DNA from: an uncultured bacterium
GTDB lineage: Bacteria; Chloroflexota; UBA5177; JANWHV01
NCBI GenBank assembly: GCA_963827235.1
Contig: CAWHAE010000016.1
Span: forward strand, 960,001 to 1,024,000
Direction: 5' to 3'
Length of the DNA stretch: 64,000 bases
Shown here: positions 1 to 10,436 of the stretch, piece by piece
How positions within the stretch are numbered: the stretch's first letter is position 1
Layout: each line of letters starts with the position of its first letter
Notes under the pieces: generated by a model
Seen by the model: the letters and a program-made list of their open reading frames with translations, nothing else
The model's database searches: none
Told to the model about the DNA's origin: nothing
Made by a program: the position numbers and the translations under genes

Positions 1-28
1 TCGGGACATGACCGTGTTCCTTTCTCTC

Positions 29-84
29 ATGATGTCAGCTACTGACATCATCACTGTACCACATGACGTCAGTCACTGCCATCA
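29..84. promoter_or_regulatory. Paired TetR-type operators in a divergent promoter
   Basis: Perfect inverted repeat ATGATGTCAG-cta-CTGACATCAT (29-51) and an imperfect copy ATGACGTCAG-tca-CTGCCATCA (63-84) upstream of the TetR gene. A minus-strand start (RBS GAAAGGAA, ATG at 9-7) runs off the window. Confidence 0.7.
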
Positions 85-102
85 GTTCGTGGGCATGACC
101 AC

Positions 103-669
103 ATGAGCCGCTGGGAGCCAGACGCGCGCGGCCGGCTGGAGCAGGCGTCCCTCGCCCTGTACGCCGAGCGCGGGTTCGAGAATACCACCGTTGCCGAAAT
201 CGCCGCGCGCGCAGGATTGACGGAGCGGACGTTCTTCCGCCACTTCGCCGACAAGCGCGAGGTGCTGTTCTGGGGCGCGGGCGCCCTGCAGGAGCTGCTC
301 GTGAGCACCGTGGCCGGCGCACCTGAATCCGCAGCGCCCATGAGCGCGGTTGCCGCGGCCCTGGAGGCCGCCGGCGCCATACTTCAAGAGCGCCGCGAAA
401 TCGTCCGGCAGCGTCAGGCCATCATTGCTGCGAACGCAGAGCTGCAAGAGCGCGAGCTGATCAAGCTCGCGGCACTTGCCTCGGCGCTGGCCGGGGCGTT
501 GCGCCGGCGCGGCGTCAGAGACCCAGCGGCGAGTCTGACTTCCGAGGCAGGGATCGCGGTCTTCAGAGTCGCGTTTGAACGCTGGATCGACGAGACCTGC
601 CAGCAAGACTTGCCGCACATCGTCCGAGAGACGCTCGATGAGCTGAAAGCCGTGACCGCGGACGCATGA
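103..669 (+). CDS. TetR family transcriptional regulator
   Basis: N-terminal HTH GFENTTVAEIAARAGLTERTFFRHFADKREVL. Confidence 0.93.
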   Translation: MSRWEPDARGRLEQASLALYAERGFENTTVAEIAARAGLTERTFFRHFADKREVLFWGAGALQELLVSTVAGAPESAAPMSAVAAALEAAGAILQERREIVRQRQAIIAANAELQERELIKLAALASALAGALRRRGVRDPAASLTSEAGIAVFRVAFERWIDETCQQDLPHIVRETLDELKAVTADA

Positions 670-976
670 CCACCGGCCGCAGGTCGTGCCGGTTGGCGGT
701 TCTCGGTTCAAGCCCTGAAGTAGCTCCCTTGCTCAAGGTCATCGAAGGGGGAGAGTTGCGCGGGAAACTGTCTCCGGTTGAGGTGGCATGCGCGGTTGCC
801 TGGTACCATATCGAACACACGAAGACGCGGGCGGCGTGGGCGGGAAGCGCGGGCTTCGACGCCGTGAACTGCCGCAGGTCAGGGCGCGCGGATAACCTGA
901 GGGCCGCAGCAGCGTGCGAGCAATGCGGTGGCAGCTCGCCAGCAGGCCTGTGCGCCCCACCGCCGGAGGAAAATCC

Positions 977-1915
977 ATGACGGTCGTCGACTGGCTGCTC
1001 GACGCGGACCCGTCGATCCGCTGGCAGGTGATGCGCGACCTGGCCGATGCGCCCGCGGACGAGGTCACGGCCGAGCGGTCAAGAATCGCCAAGGAGGGTG
1101 CGGGCGCGCAGCTGCTCGCCCTCCAGGCGGTCGACGGACGGTGGGGCGGCGCGGCGTGGAACCGCGGGTGGAACTCCACCATGCACGTCCTGTGGCTGCT
1201 GCGCCACCTGGGTCTCGATCCCGCGGGCCCGGAGGCACAGCGCGCGGTGGGCCTCGTCCGCGATCGCGTGACGTGGCAGGGTGGGGAGTGGGACGGCAAC
1301 CCCTTCTTCGCCGGCGAGGTGGAGCCCTGCATCAACGGGCAGGTGGCGACGGCCGGCGCGTATTTCGGCCAGGACGTACAGGGCATCATCGACCGCCTGC
1401 TCGGCGAGCAGCTGTCCGACCGCGGCTGGAACTGCGAGGCGTCGAACGGCTCGACACGGTCATCGTTCAACACCACGATCTGCGTGCTGGAGGCGATGCT
1501 CGAGCACGAACAGGCGGGCGGAGCGACCCCGGAGGTGATCCGGGCCCGTCTCCGCGGGCAGGAGTACCTCCTCGAGCGCCGCCTCTTCCACCGGCGGTCG
1601 ACCGGCGAGGTGATCGAGCGAGATCGCAAGGGCGACGCAGCATGGACCCGCTTCGCCTTTCCGACCTGGTGGCACTACGATGTGCTGCGAGGGCTCGAGT
1701 ACCTGCGCGGCGCCGGCGTCGCGCCCGACGAGCGGATGGGCGAGGCGATCGAGCTGGTCGCGTCGAAGCGTGACCGCCACGGGCGCTGGCCGCTCGAGAC
1801 CCGGTACCCCGGCGTGATGCCTGTCGTGATAGACGATGGCGAGGGCCGACCGAGCCGGTGGAACACCCTGCGCGCCCTGCGCGTGCTCCGCTGGTACGGG
1901 CTGGCTGATGCGTAG
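977..1915 (+). CDS. Prenyltransferase/squalene-cyclase-repeat (alpha-alpha toroid) hypothetical protein
   Basis: RBS GGAGG then MTVVDWLLDADPSIRWQV; QW-like repeats (QAVDGRWG, QLSDRGWNC, RDRHGRWP); FPTWWHYDVLRGL; PSRWNTLRAL. Confidence 0.75.
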   Translation: MTVVDWLLDADPSIRWQVMRDLADAPADEVTAERSRIAKEGAGAQLLALQAVDGRWGGAAWNRGWNSTMHVLWLLRHLGLDPAGPEAQRAVGLVRDRVTWQGGEWDGNPFFAGEVEPCINGQVATAGAYFGQDVQGIIDRLLGEQLSDRGWNCEASNGSTRSSFNTTICVLEAMLEHEQAGGATPEVIRARLRGQEYLLERRLFHRRSTGEVIERDRKGDAAWTRFAFPTWWHYDVLRGLEYLRGAGVAPDERMGEAIELVASKRDRHGRWPLETRYPGVMPVVIDDGEGRPSRWNTLRALRVLRWYGLADA

Positions 1916-2108
1916 CAAGGCTCGACTCCGTGGCCCCGGGGGCCTCCGTCGCTTTGAGTGATCTGCCCAGCAGACAGAACACTCCGGCTTGGCGCTCACG
2001 GATGGCCGACGAGTGTCACGTGCGCGGCCCGCAAACTGGAGATTGCGGCGCGGGAGCCACACGAGTGTCTTGCCACGCATCGCCTCTCACGGTCGCCGGC
2101 GCCACAGT

Positions 2109-2810
2109 TCACTCAGGCGTCGGCGACCATGACGGTAGGGGAATGTTCTCCACTATGCCGCGGATTCGCATGAATGCTCGGCCGAACTGGTCATGGTAGG
2201 TCATGAGTTCAGCCGAGTTATCTCGCAGGTACTCCATCATCGCTACGTGGGACTGCAGCGGAGCTCCGGGATGTTGCGCGCGAGGGTCATGTTTCAACCC
2301 CGCGCCGGCCGAGTTCGACGCCTGTTTGTCTCGCGTCGCCGTCCACGCCAGTGCCAACACCTGCCTCGCCTCATCTTGCGATGGTCCTTGCATGAGAAAC
2401 GCAGGGCTGGTTGTGTGCTCACAGTCGGGTCCTACGTTGAACCAATCCGTGCGGAAATACCGTGTTGACACCGTTCCATCAGTCTCGAAGCACGGACAGT
2501 AGCTATAGACGTAGCAGCCTATGGCGGGACCTTTGCCGACATTGCGGACGTGCACGTCGTAACTGTTGGCGCTGAGCGAGATGAATTCTGCTTGTCCATG
2601 TTGGGCCGCGGTCATCTGCTGCCACTCCTGAGAGACTCGCCGCCTGAACGAGTCGTGCACGAAGTCGAGATAGGGACGTACACTGAGGGCGCGGTCGGCC
2701 TGCATCTCCCGCAAGGTGCGAAGGCTCAGGACAACGGCCACGGTAGCAACGACCGCCGCGGACACCGTGCCGATTGCCGTGGCGGCCGTCCAGAAGTCAG
2801 TCCATTGCAT
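2109..2810 (-). CDS. Hypothetical protein with N-terminal membrane anchor
   Basis: Hydrophobic helix WTAATAIGTVSAAVVATVAVVLSL, then RPYL and VRNVGKGPA; start uncertain (up to 2894). Confidence 0.6.
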   Translation of the reverse strand: MQWTDFWTAATAIGTVSAAVVATVAVVLSLRTLREMQADRALSVRPYLDFVHDSFRRRVSQEWQQMTAAQHGQAEFISLSANSYDVHVRNVGKGPAIGCYVYSYCPCFETDGTVSTRYFRTDWFNVGPDCEHTTSPAFLMQGPSQDEARQVLALAWTATRDKQASNSAGAGLKHDPRAQHPGAPLQSHVAMMEYLRDNSAELMTYHDQFGRAFMRIRGIVENIPLPSWSPTPE

Positions 2811-2942
2811 GACGAGCATCAGCGACCATCCGATAAGCCTGTACTGCCAGACCTCTACCTCATGGGATGATCCCGCAATGCTCGACCGCAGCATTTCGTG
2901 CTTGCCGGGAGGAGAGGATCGTGATCAGGCCGTGTTTGACGA

Positions 2943-3815
2943 TTACCCCTTCACCGCGCCGGCGGTGAGGCCGGAGATCATGTAGCGCTGGATCAGGATG
3001 TAGAACACGACTGGCGGCAGTGAGAAGACCAATGCACCCGCGAGCAGCGTCTGGATTGGGGTACTGTACAGACCGATCAGCGTGGTGAGACCAACCGATC
3101 CGGGTAGCAGACCAGAATCGGTTGAAATGAGAGTCGAGGCAAACAGGAACTCGTTCCAGCTGAAGAAGAACGCGACCACGCACACAGCCACCAGGCCAGG
3201 CGTTGAGAGCGGCAGCATCACCCGCCAGAGCACGCCCATCTCGCCGCAGCCTTCCGTCAAGGCAGCCTCCATCACCTCACCGGGAACCGAGTCGAACACG
3301 TTTTTCAGGATCCAGACGCAGATCGGCAGGGCGAAGGCGGCCTGCACGAATGCCAGCGCCGGCAAGCTGTTGACCATGCCGAGATTCCGGTACAGCCTCA
3401 AGACCGGCACGATAATGATCGCACCGGGCATCATCTGGGTCAGCAGAATGAAAAAGCCGAAGGCTGGTTTCGCCTTCCACTTCAGCTTCGAGAGCGAGAA
3501 GGCGCCGAGCATACTCAGGCAGAGGCAAATGCCGGTGACCATCAGAGCCACCTGAGTGGAGTTCCACAACCACTGAGCCACCGGGTAGTCGGCGAAGATG
3601 TCGTGGAACGGCGTCAGGATGATGCCTCTGACGTACAGACTGGGCGAATAGACGAGTGAGTATTTGTATGGCTGTACGGCGCTCAGCACCATCCAGTACA
3701 TCGGGAAAACGATGATCGCGCAGACAATCACCAGAATCGCGACTTGTAGGATCTTGCCGACTTTGAAGCGCTGCAGCGGCCGAGCGGGCGCGAGGTGGCC
3801 TGGTTGGCGCGCCAT
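2943..3815 (-). CDS. Carbohydrate ABC transporter permease (MalG-like)
   Basis: TM segments, EAA loop EVMEAALTEGC, C-terminal QRYMISGLTAGAVKG. Confidence 0.95.
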   Translation of the reverse strand: MARQPGHLAPARPLQRFKVGKILQVAILVIVCAIIVFPMYWMVLSAVQPYKYSLVYSPSLYVRGIILTPFHDIFADYPVAQWLWNSTQVALMVTGICLCLSMLGAFSLSKLKWKAKPAFGFFILLTQMMPGAIIIVPVLRLYRNLGMVNSLPALAFVQAAFALPICVWILKNVFDSVPGEVMEAALTEGCGEMGVLWRVMLPLSTPGLVAVCVVAFFFSWNEFLFASTLISTDSGLLPGSVGLTTLIGLYSTPIQTLLAGALVFSLPPVVFYILIQRYMISGLTAGAVKG

Positions 3816-4780
3816 TACCGCTCCTCCGCCGCTCTGGCCTGGCGCTCCAGGAAAACAAACAGCAGGGCGGCCAGAATCGCCTGCACAAAGCCGGCTACGC
3901 CCACGGCGGCCGCATAAGAGTAGTCGAAGTACGCAAATGCCTCATTCCAAATCAGTATGGCCAGTGTTTGCGTAGCGAGTGCCGGCCCTCCGCCGGTCGT
4001 CTGCCAGATGAGCGTGTATTGTTGGTAGGAGAAGATGAAAGCCAAAAGCGCGAGTAGCATCAGGGTAGGCTTGATAGCGGGAAAAGTGACGTAGCGGAAG
4101 CGTGTCAACCCATTGGCGCCATCGACGATGGCCGCCTCATGCAACTCACGAGGCACACCCTGTAAGGCGGCCAGAATCACCAGCGAATAGAATGGGAATC
4201 CCTTCCACACGGAGATGAGCACAATGGTCGCCAGGGCGAGATGGGGATCGAGGGTCCAATTAGGACTGTTGTGAATCCATGGCAGCCAACGCGCCATCTC
4301 GCTGAGCACGCCGAAGAGCGGATTCATCATCCACAGGAAGATGATCGTGGTCGGAATATCGGGGAAGGCCCAGGGAGTGGTAAGCAGGGCGCGGAGGATG
4401 CTGCGGCCCCGAAAGGCTCGATTCATCAGGAGGGCCGTCCCCAGCGCGACCGAAAGCGCTACGACGATTACCGCCAGCGAGTATTCCAGCGTTATCCGCA
4501 CGGCCATCCAGAATGTATGGTCGGTGAGCATGCGGTGGTAGTTCGCAAAGCCTACCCAGGGTGCCGAACTCGATCCAAATTCAATATTGGTCAGGCTGTA
4601 CTTGACCCCGACCGCCATGGGATAAAGGATGAAGATGGCTTCGTAGATCAGGATTGGCAGGGCAAGGAGGTAGGGCAAACGCTTGCGATTCAGACGCGCC
4701 ATTGCGGACGCCCAACTCGAGGCGCCCCTGGATTGCGACCGGGGCTCAGACATCATTGCCACGTATCCCCGCATAGACAC
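3815..4780 (-). CDS. Carbohydrate ABC transporter permease (MalF-like)
   Basis: WVGFANY, WKGFPF, ELHEAAIVDGANGLTRFRYVTFP; stop overlaps the next start; start uncertain. Confidence 0.95.
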   Translation of the reverse strand: MSMRGYVAMMSEPRSQSRGASSWASAMARLNRKRLPYLLALPILIYEAIFILYPMAVGVKYSLTNIEFGSSSAPWVGFANYHRMLTDHTFWMAVRITLEYSLAVIVVALSVALGTALLMNRAFRGRSILRALLTTPWAFPDIPTTIIFLWMMNPLFGVLSEMARWLPWIHNSPNWTLDPHLALATIVLISVWKGFPFYSLVILAALQGVPRELHEAAIVDGANGLTRFRYVTFPAIKPTLMLLALLAFIFSYQQYTLIWQTTGGGPALATQTLAILIWNEAFAYFDYSYAAAVGVAGFVQAILAALLFVFLERQARAAEER

Positions 4781-4950
4781 TTGCAGGCACTAACAGCCAG
4801 GTGAATCATGGGCCGATCTGCCGCCTGCGCCTCGCCAGGTGCGCTCGACTGGAGCGGCAGTCATGGTGTGTTGTCGGCCGGCGCACGGTAGCAACCGGCA
4901 CTGTCCCTAAGAACCAACCGCCGACCGCCGACCGCGCCCAGGATGCCGGA

Positions 4951-4994
4951 GCGGTCGCCGGCCGGGCGGCAACAGCTGCCCGGCCGGTGACCGC
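4951..4994 (-). terminator. GC-rich hairpin between SBP and permease (stabiliser or partial terminator)
   Basis: GCGGTCGCCGGCCGGGCGGC-aaca-GCTGCCCGGCCGGTGACCGC, about 20 bp stem with 2 imperfect pairs. Confidence 0.55.
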
Positions 4995-5015
4995 CTGGGA
5001 TCGCGTCCGAGGGAC

Positions 5016-6371
5016 CTAGGACTTAAACCAGCGGCTGGAGGCATCCTCGATCTGCTGCTGCGCGTTGTCCATGGCCATCTTCACAGTCATGCTGCCGATC
5101 AGCGCCGACTGGAAGTTCTGCGTCACGATCTGGCCGAACTCCGAGTCGTGAGCGATGAAAGCTCCGTCCACGTCCGGGAACGGCACGTGCACGATGTCCT
5201 GGTAGCCCGTAGCCCAGGGCTGGTTGGCCAGCCACTGCTTGACACCGGGGACGTTGAGTATCTCCGGGTAGGCCGGTATCACATCCAGGCACAGCTCCAT
5301 CAACTTGGCGTTGTTCGCCGGTGCGTACATGAATTCGGCAAAGGCCACTGCGCCGTCCGTCTTCTTGGTGTCGGCCAGGATCGAGAGAGGGTGCAAGCGC
5401 GAGATCGATTTCCTGGTGGGCCAAGGAGGCGGCGCACTGCGCACATAGTTGTTGAAGTCGGAAGGCGTCATGACCGTCTTGAACTGGTTCACGGCTGCCG
5501 ACACGTTCAGCTCCTCGGCGATTACATTTCTGCCCCAGATGGGCAGCGCCTGGAGGCCGGTGACGTTTTGCAGCATGTAGTTCTTGTACTGGTCGGCCCA
5601 GACCTCGAGTGCGGCGACGATCTTGGGGCTGTTGACCAACGCCTTCTGGCCGACACCCCACACCGTGTCGTACATCAGGCAGTAATTCTGCAGCTGGAAC
5701 CACCAGTTGAAGAAGTCGGATGGCGCGTTTGGCTGCCAGATGCCGTACTGCGTGGGTTTGTGGGTCAACAGCGCGAGCTGATGATTCCAATCCGTGACAT
5801 TCGTGGCAAGCTTGGTGATGCCGGCCTTGTCGGTGAGCTTCTTGTTGTAGGTGATCGCGAACGGCACCTCGACGGTGCTGATGCCGTAGAGATGGCCGTT
5901 GAGGCGCAGGTAGTCGTGTGCCGGCGAAGGGTGAACGCCAAGCTTGGCGACGATGTCGTCGATCGGCCGAAGCACGCCGGCGTGTACCAGACGATAGGCG
6001 CCATCGGGGATCAGGGTGATGACGTCGGCGTTGAGGCCGCCGGACTGCAGCTGGACGAGCATCTGCTGGGTATAAGTGGCGCCGGGCCAGCCGGTCCACT
6101 TGATGACGTAGTCGCTTTGCGAGGCTTCGAAATCCTTGATCAGGGTGTTCCAGGCGGTGTTCCTACCGGGCTCGAACTGGAACCACGACATCAGGGTGAT
6201 AGTCTGCGGCGCGCGGGTCACGATAGCGGGGGCAGCCGCTTTAGCTGTGCTCACCTTGCCCAGCGTGGCAGCAGCGGCTAACCCAGCCGCACCGGCCGCG
6301 CCGGCTTTGAGCACATCCCGCCGCGAGATCTTGGAGGAACCGGCTTCGATACCTTTCGTCTCAGAGGCCAC
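5016..6371 (-). CDS. Sugar ABC transporter solute-binding protein, Tat-exported
   Basis: Twin-arginine signal SRRDVLK plus Ala-rich h-region; family 1 SBP features (LNGHLYGI, ITYNKKL); directly upstream of two permeases. Confidence 0.92.
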   Translation of the reverse strand: MASETKGIEAGSSKISRRDVLKAGAAGAAGLAAAATLGKVSTAKAAAPAIVTRAPQTITLMSWFQFEPGRNTAWNTLIKDFEASQSDYVIKWTGWPGATYTQQMLVQLQSGGLNADVITLIPDGAYRLVHAGVLRPIDDIVAKLGVHPSPAHDYLRLNGHLYGISTVEVPFAITYNKKLTDKAGITKLATNVTDWNHQLALLTHKPTQYGIWQPNAPSDFFNWWFQLQNYCLMYDTVWGVGQKALVNSPKIVAALEVWADQYKNYMLQNVTGLQALPIWGRNVIAEELNVSAAVNQFKTVMTPSDFNNYVRSAPPPWPTRKSISRLHPLSILADTKKTDGAVAFAEFMYAPANNAKLMELCLDVIPAYPEILNVPGVKQWLANQPWATGYQDIVHVPFPDVDGAFIAHDSEFGQIVTQNFQSALIGSMTVKMAMDNAQQQIEDASSRWFKS

Positions 6372-6758
6372 TAGCGTACTCCTTTGAACGAGGACCTGAA
6401 CGTCAATACCAGGGGCTCCGCCTCTACCGTCCTTCGCTGCCTGGGCGCACCACCTCCCATTGACGACTCCGCATGTTCTGGCCTGCTATTGGCCTATAGA
6501 GTGTATATACCAGGCTCTACGCTATTAGCTATTTCATCTGTTGAAACAGCGAGTATATTGTTAACAGTAACTGTAGGCTGCTTGACCAAGAACTGTCAAC
6601 AGTTCGCCGGTCGTTTGCATCGAGCAGATTTCGACCACGCCGGCGCACAGACTGCGCCGGTGCGCGGTCGCCCGCCAACGCTTGTGCAGAGGAGTTCGCA
6701 GGATAGCCGCGCTACGCTTGACGTTCGGCGGAGACTGATCACCAGGGAAGATAGGCGC

Positions 6759-8000
6759 ATGAGGACTATGGCCATCGAATTCCATGGAGAGCTTTCTGAT
6801 ATCTACGCGGCCTACTGCGAAGGGCGACTGGACGATCCGTATCCCCTGTTTACGTGGTTGCTGGAAAGGCACCCTGTCCACTGGAGCGAGCCACTTGAGA
6901 GCTGGTTCGTGGTCAGGCACAGCGATGTGCTCACTGCCCTGCAGGACCCCAGGCTTTCATCGGACCGAGCTGACGTGAATATGCGGAAACTGCCTCCAGA
7001 TATGCAGGTGAGATTGCACGCACTTGGAGAGCACGTCTCCAACTGGCTCGGTTTCATGGATCCGCCGCGCCATACTGAGATTCGCCGCCTGCTGGCTCGA
7101 GTCTTCACGCCAAGATTGGCGCAGAGCCTCGAAGGCCGGGTGATGCTGCTCGCCGAGCAGCTGGCCGGCAAGCTGGCGACCCCTCGGTCCGACCTGGTGG
7201 CAGAGCTGGCACACCCTCTGCCATTGGCAGTGATTTGCGACATCCTGGGTATCCCTCTGCAGGATCGGGCCCTCTTCAGGCAAGCCGTGATCAACATCTC
7301 CGACTACGTGGCCGAGGCCGGTCCCAGCGCCGTGGTAGCCGCGGAGCGAGCGCACGCCGGTGTCATGGAACTGACTGCATACTTCACGGCGCTCGTTGAG
7401 CTGCGCAGGCGCGAGCCAGAGGACGACGTGGTGAGCAAGCTCGCGACCAGCATGCGCGATGCCGTTGGCATGACGCTCGACGAGATCCTTGGAATCTGCG
7501 TCTTCCTCTTCTCTGCCGGCCACGATACCACGACAAGTCTCATCAGCTCCTCGGCACTGCTGCTGCTCCAACATCCGGAAGCACTTGCTCGGCTGCGAGC
7601 CGATCCGACGCTCTTGCCGGCCGCGGTGGAGGAGTTTCTTCGTTTCGAAGCGCCGATTCCCCTGATTTCACGCGTGGCGCACGAGCCCATGGATCTTGGT
7701 GGACAACGGATTCAGGCCGACGATACGGTGGTACTGTGCGTGGCAGCAGCAAACCGGGATCCTGCCGTCTTCCCTGACCCTAACGAGTTGCGCATTGACC
7801 GGACGCCAAACAAGCAGCTTGCATTCGGCTGGGGCGCTCACTTCTGCCTTGGAGCGCCGCTCGCTCGCTTGGAGGCACGCTATGCCCTTACGGCTCTGCT
7901 CGACAGGCTTTCGGCCAGCCGTCTGGAGCATCCCGTTCCGTCCTGGCATAACCGTAACGGCCTTCGAGCGCTCCGTGATCTGTGGACGCTTTGTGCCTGA
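6759..8000 (+). CDS. Cytochrome P450
   Basis: I-helix AGHDTT, EEFLR (ExxR), AANRDPAVF, heme motif FGWGAHFCLG; start placed at MRTMAIEF. Confidence 0.96.
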   Translation: MRTMAIEFHGELSDIYAAYCEGRLDDPYPLFTWLLERHPVHWSEPLESWFVVRHSDVLTALQDPRLSSDRADVNMRKLPPDMQVRLHALGEHVSNWLGFMDPPRHTEIRRLLARVFTPRLAQSLEGRVMLLAEQLAGKLATPRSDLVAELAHPLPLAVICDILGIPLQDRALFRQAVINISDYVAEAGPSAVVAAERAHAGVMELTAYFTALVELRRREPEDDVVSKLATSMRDAVGMTLDEILGICVFLFSAGHDTTTSLISSSALLLLQHPEALARLRADPTLLPAAVEEFLRFEAPIPLISRVAHEPMDLGGQRIQADDTVVLCVAAANRDPAVFPDPNELRIDRTPNKQLAFGWGAHFCLGAPLARLEARYALTALLDRLSASRLEHPVPSWHNRNGLRALRDLWTLCA

Positions 8001-8120
8001 GACAGGTCTCTGAGTGCTAACGCTCCCGCGCGCTATGCTAAGCGAGAAGCCGGCATCTCAAGCTCTGAGGCTGGCGCCGGCGGCAGACGGCACGACGCCG
8101 AGAAGCGCGGACGGTGGTAG

Positions 8121-9275
8121 GTGAGTCACGAGACGTACGGGCATACACCCCTCGATGCGATGTTTGACCGGCGGGATGTCTACGATATCGGCTACAATTC
8201 GTCGACTGCAGCGAGAGAGCCTGTCCGGCTGGGCATTATCGGAGCCGGCGGTATAGCCCAGGCGAAGTATCTGCCGGCGATACAACGCCTGCGCACGCTC
8301 TGGGAGCCCGCGCGTGTTGAGGCAGTTACCACTCTTGACCCGCAACAGGGCCGCAAGTTGGCCGACCTCTACGGCTGCGTGTGGTACGACGACCACAGAC
8401 GTATGCTCGCTGAACAGCACCTTGACGGCGTTCTGGTTACCTCACCGGATGCCTTCCATCACGAGCATACGATGGCTGCGCTTGAATGCGGATCCCACGT
8501 CCTGGTGGAGAAGCCGTTTGCCGACTCACTGTCACACGCGGAGGAGATGTGTCGCGCCGCCGAAGACGCTCATCGTGTGCTGATGACCGTGGCGAACAAG
8601 CGCTTCTCCCCACCGTATCTTCGGGCGAAGCGACTACTGAGCGAGGCCGCGCAGCCTCCCGTGCTATTCCAGGGCAAATTCAATCTCGGTTACCGGTACG
8701 TGGCGCTGCTTGAAGGAGGCACCGTTCATCTGTTCGATATAGCCCGCTACCTGATGGGCGACGTGACGGAGGTTCATGCTCTTGGCGTCAATCGGTACGG
8801 GCAGGATCGTGGACGCTACCCGCTCGACAATGCTGCGATCACTCTTGCATTTGCATCAGGAGCTGTGGGTAGCATCATCACGAGCGGCTCCGCCCTGAGC
8901 CTGGCCCCATGGGAGCGCGTAGAGGTGTATGCCGACGGCATGTGGCTCGCCATCGAGGACCAGCACCGCCTGATTGTCTATTCCGGCGAGGAATCCGGCG
9001 GCCAGGAGTGGGCACCGACAATACCGAATACTCTGCTTTTCGACGAAGAGTTTGGCGGCTACCAAGGCCTTGTGCAGAACTTCATTCAAGCCATTCGCGG
9101 AATCGAACGACCGCTTTGTACAGGCTGGGACGGCTATCGCGCGCTTGAGCTCGTGATTGCCGTGCATCTGGCGATAGCCCGACATGCTACCCTGAGCCTA
9201 CCGCTGGACGTAGCAGAAGCGGACGCCGCGTATCACGCCTGGCTGTTCCCGGCCCTGACCGGATTGGGGGGATAG
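8121..9275 (+). CDS. Gfo/Idh/MocA family oxidoreductase
   Basis: LGIIGAGGIA, SPDAFH, HVLVEKP, VHLFD. Confidence 0.93.
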   Translation: MSHETYGHTPLDAMFDRRDVYDIGYNSSTAAREPVRLGIIGAGGIAQAKYLPAIQRLRTLWEPARVEAVTTLDPQQGRKLADLYGCVWYDDHRRMLAEQHLDGVLVTSPDAFHHEHTMAALECGSHVLVEKPFADSLSHAEEMCRAAEDAHRVLMTVANKRFSPPYLRAKRLLSEAAQPPVLFQGKFNLGYRYVALLEGGTVHLFDIARYLMGDVTEVHALGVNRYGQDRGRYPLDNAAITLAFASGAVGSIITSGSALSLAPWERVEVYADGMWLAIEDQHRLIVYSGEESGGQEWAPTIPNTLLFDEEFGGYQGLVQNFIQAIRGIERPLCTGWDGYRALELVIAVHLAIARHATLSLPLDVAEADAAYHAWLFPALTGLGG

Positions 9276-9278
9276 AAT

Positions 9279-10436
9279 GTGAAGATCGCAGCTATCGATA
9301 CCCTCTGCGTCGACGGTTACTATCGGAACTTCGTCTTCGTCAAGCTGCTGACCGATGATGGCTTGGTCGGCTGGGGCGAGTGCAGCCTCGAAGGCAAAGA
9401 GGCCGCGGTGCGCGGAGCCGTCACGGACTTTGCCCGCGAGCTCCTCGGGAGAGATCCTCGCCGCATCGAAGCACATCTGCGCACGATGACTCGCGACTCC
9501 TTCTGGATGAACGGGCCGGTGCTGCGCAGTGCAATGGGCGGCCTCGACATGGCGATGTGGGACATTCTGGGCAAGTCTCTCGGCGTTCCCGTCCATGTGC
9601 TCCTTGGCGGCAGACTGGTGGACGATCTCGAGGCCTACTCCAATGCCTGGTACTTCGGCGCAAAAGAGCCGGCGGAGTTCGCGTCGGCAGCGCGCCAGGT
9701 CGTGAAAATGGGGTTCCGAGCCCTGAAGTTCGACCCCTTTGGCCAGGCCTCCTTCGCACCATCCGAGGACGAGATAGAGCGCAGCGTGATGATCGTTGCA
9801 GCGGTCCGCGAGGCGGTCGGACACGGTGTGCGCATCGCCCTCGACGCGCACGGCCGGTTCGGCCTCGTGGGCGCGCTACGCCTGGCAAAGGCTCTTGCTC
9901 TTTACGACCTGTATTTCCTTGAGGAGCCGCTACATCCCGACGATGCTCCCGCTCTGGGAGAGTTGGCGCGGCAGTGTGCCGTGCCGCTTGCTCTTGGCGA
10001 GCGTCTCTACTCGCGCTGGGACTATCGGCCCGTGTTGGAGGGTCGCTACGTGCCGCTGCTACAGCCGGACATCATCCACGTTGGCGGTATCGCAGAGCTG
10101 CACAAGATAGGCGCCATGGCGGACGCGTACTCGGTCGGTATCGCCGCCCACAACGCGGCCGGTCCCATTTCGACAGCCGCTACTCTGCAGGTAGTGGCGT
10201 GCATGCCGAACGTTCAGATCCAGGAGATGTTTGCGCCCGGCGACGCGCCATGGAAAGACGACCTGGCAACGCCGCCAATCCGTATCGTGCAGGGAAGAGT
10301 GCAGATTCCCAGTGGCCCAGGGCTGGGGGTTGAGCTCGATGAGACGGTTGCCGGCGCTCATCCCGCGCAGCCCCGCAGCCTGGGCTTCTACGGCGACGAC
10401 TCGATGCTGGCAATGCCGCGAAGCGAGAACATGTGA
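9279..10436 (+). CDS. Mandelate racemase/enolase-superfamily sugar-acid dehydratase (DgoD-like)
   Basis: GWGE, DMAMWDILGK, LKFDP, DAHGR, LEEP, GERL, QPDI, AHNAAGP. Confidence 0.92.
   Translation: MKIAAIDTLCVDGYYRNFVFVKLLTDDGLVGWGECSLEGKEAAVRGAVTDFARELLGRDPRRIEAHLRTMTRDSFWMNGPVLRSAMGGLDMAMWDILGKSLGVPVHVLLGGRLVDDLEAYSNAWYFGAKEPAEFASAARQVVKMGFRALKFDPFGQASFAPSEDEIERSVMIVAAVREAVGHGVRIALDAHGRFGLVGALRLAKALALYDLYFLEEPLHPDDAPALGELARQCAVPLALGERLYSRWDYRPVLEGRYVPLLQPDIIHVGGIAELHKIGAMADAYSVGIAAHNAAGPISTAATLQVVACMPNVQIQEMFAPGDAPWKDDLATPPIRIVQGRVQIPSGPGLGVELDETVAGAHPAQPRSLGFYGDDSMLAMPRSENM

Noticed and set aside
666-980. 104-aa ORF bridging the TetR and cyclase-repeat genes
   Set aside because: It overlaps both neighbours by 4 bp but has no recognisable motif; it could be a remnant, and I cannot support it as a gene.
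6384-6758. Long N-terminal extensions in the ORF track for the P450 (also 19771, 22708, 34450, 18551)
   Set aside because: Family similarity and RBS-supported starts lie downstream; the extensions cross promoter regions or neighbouring genes.
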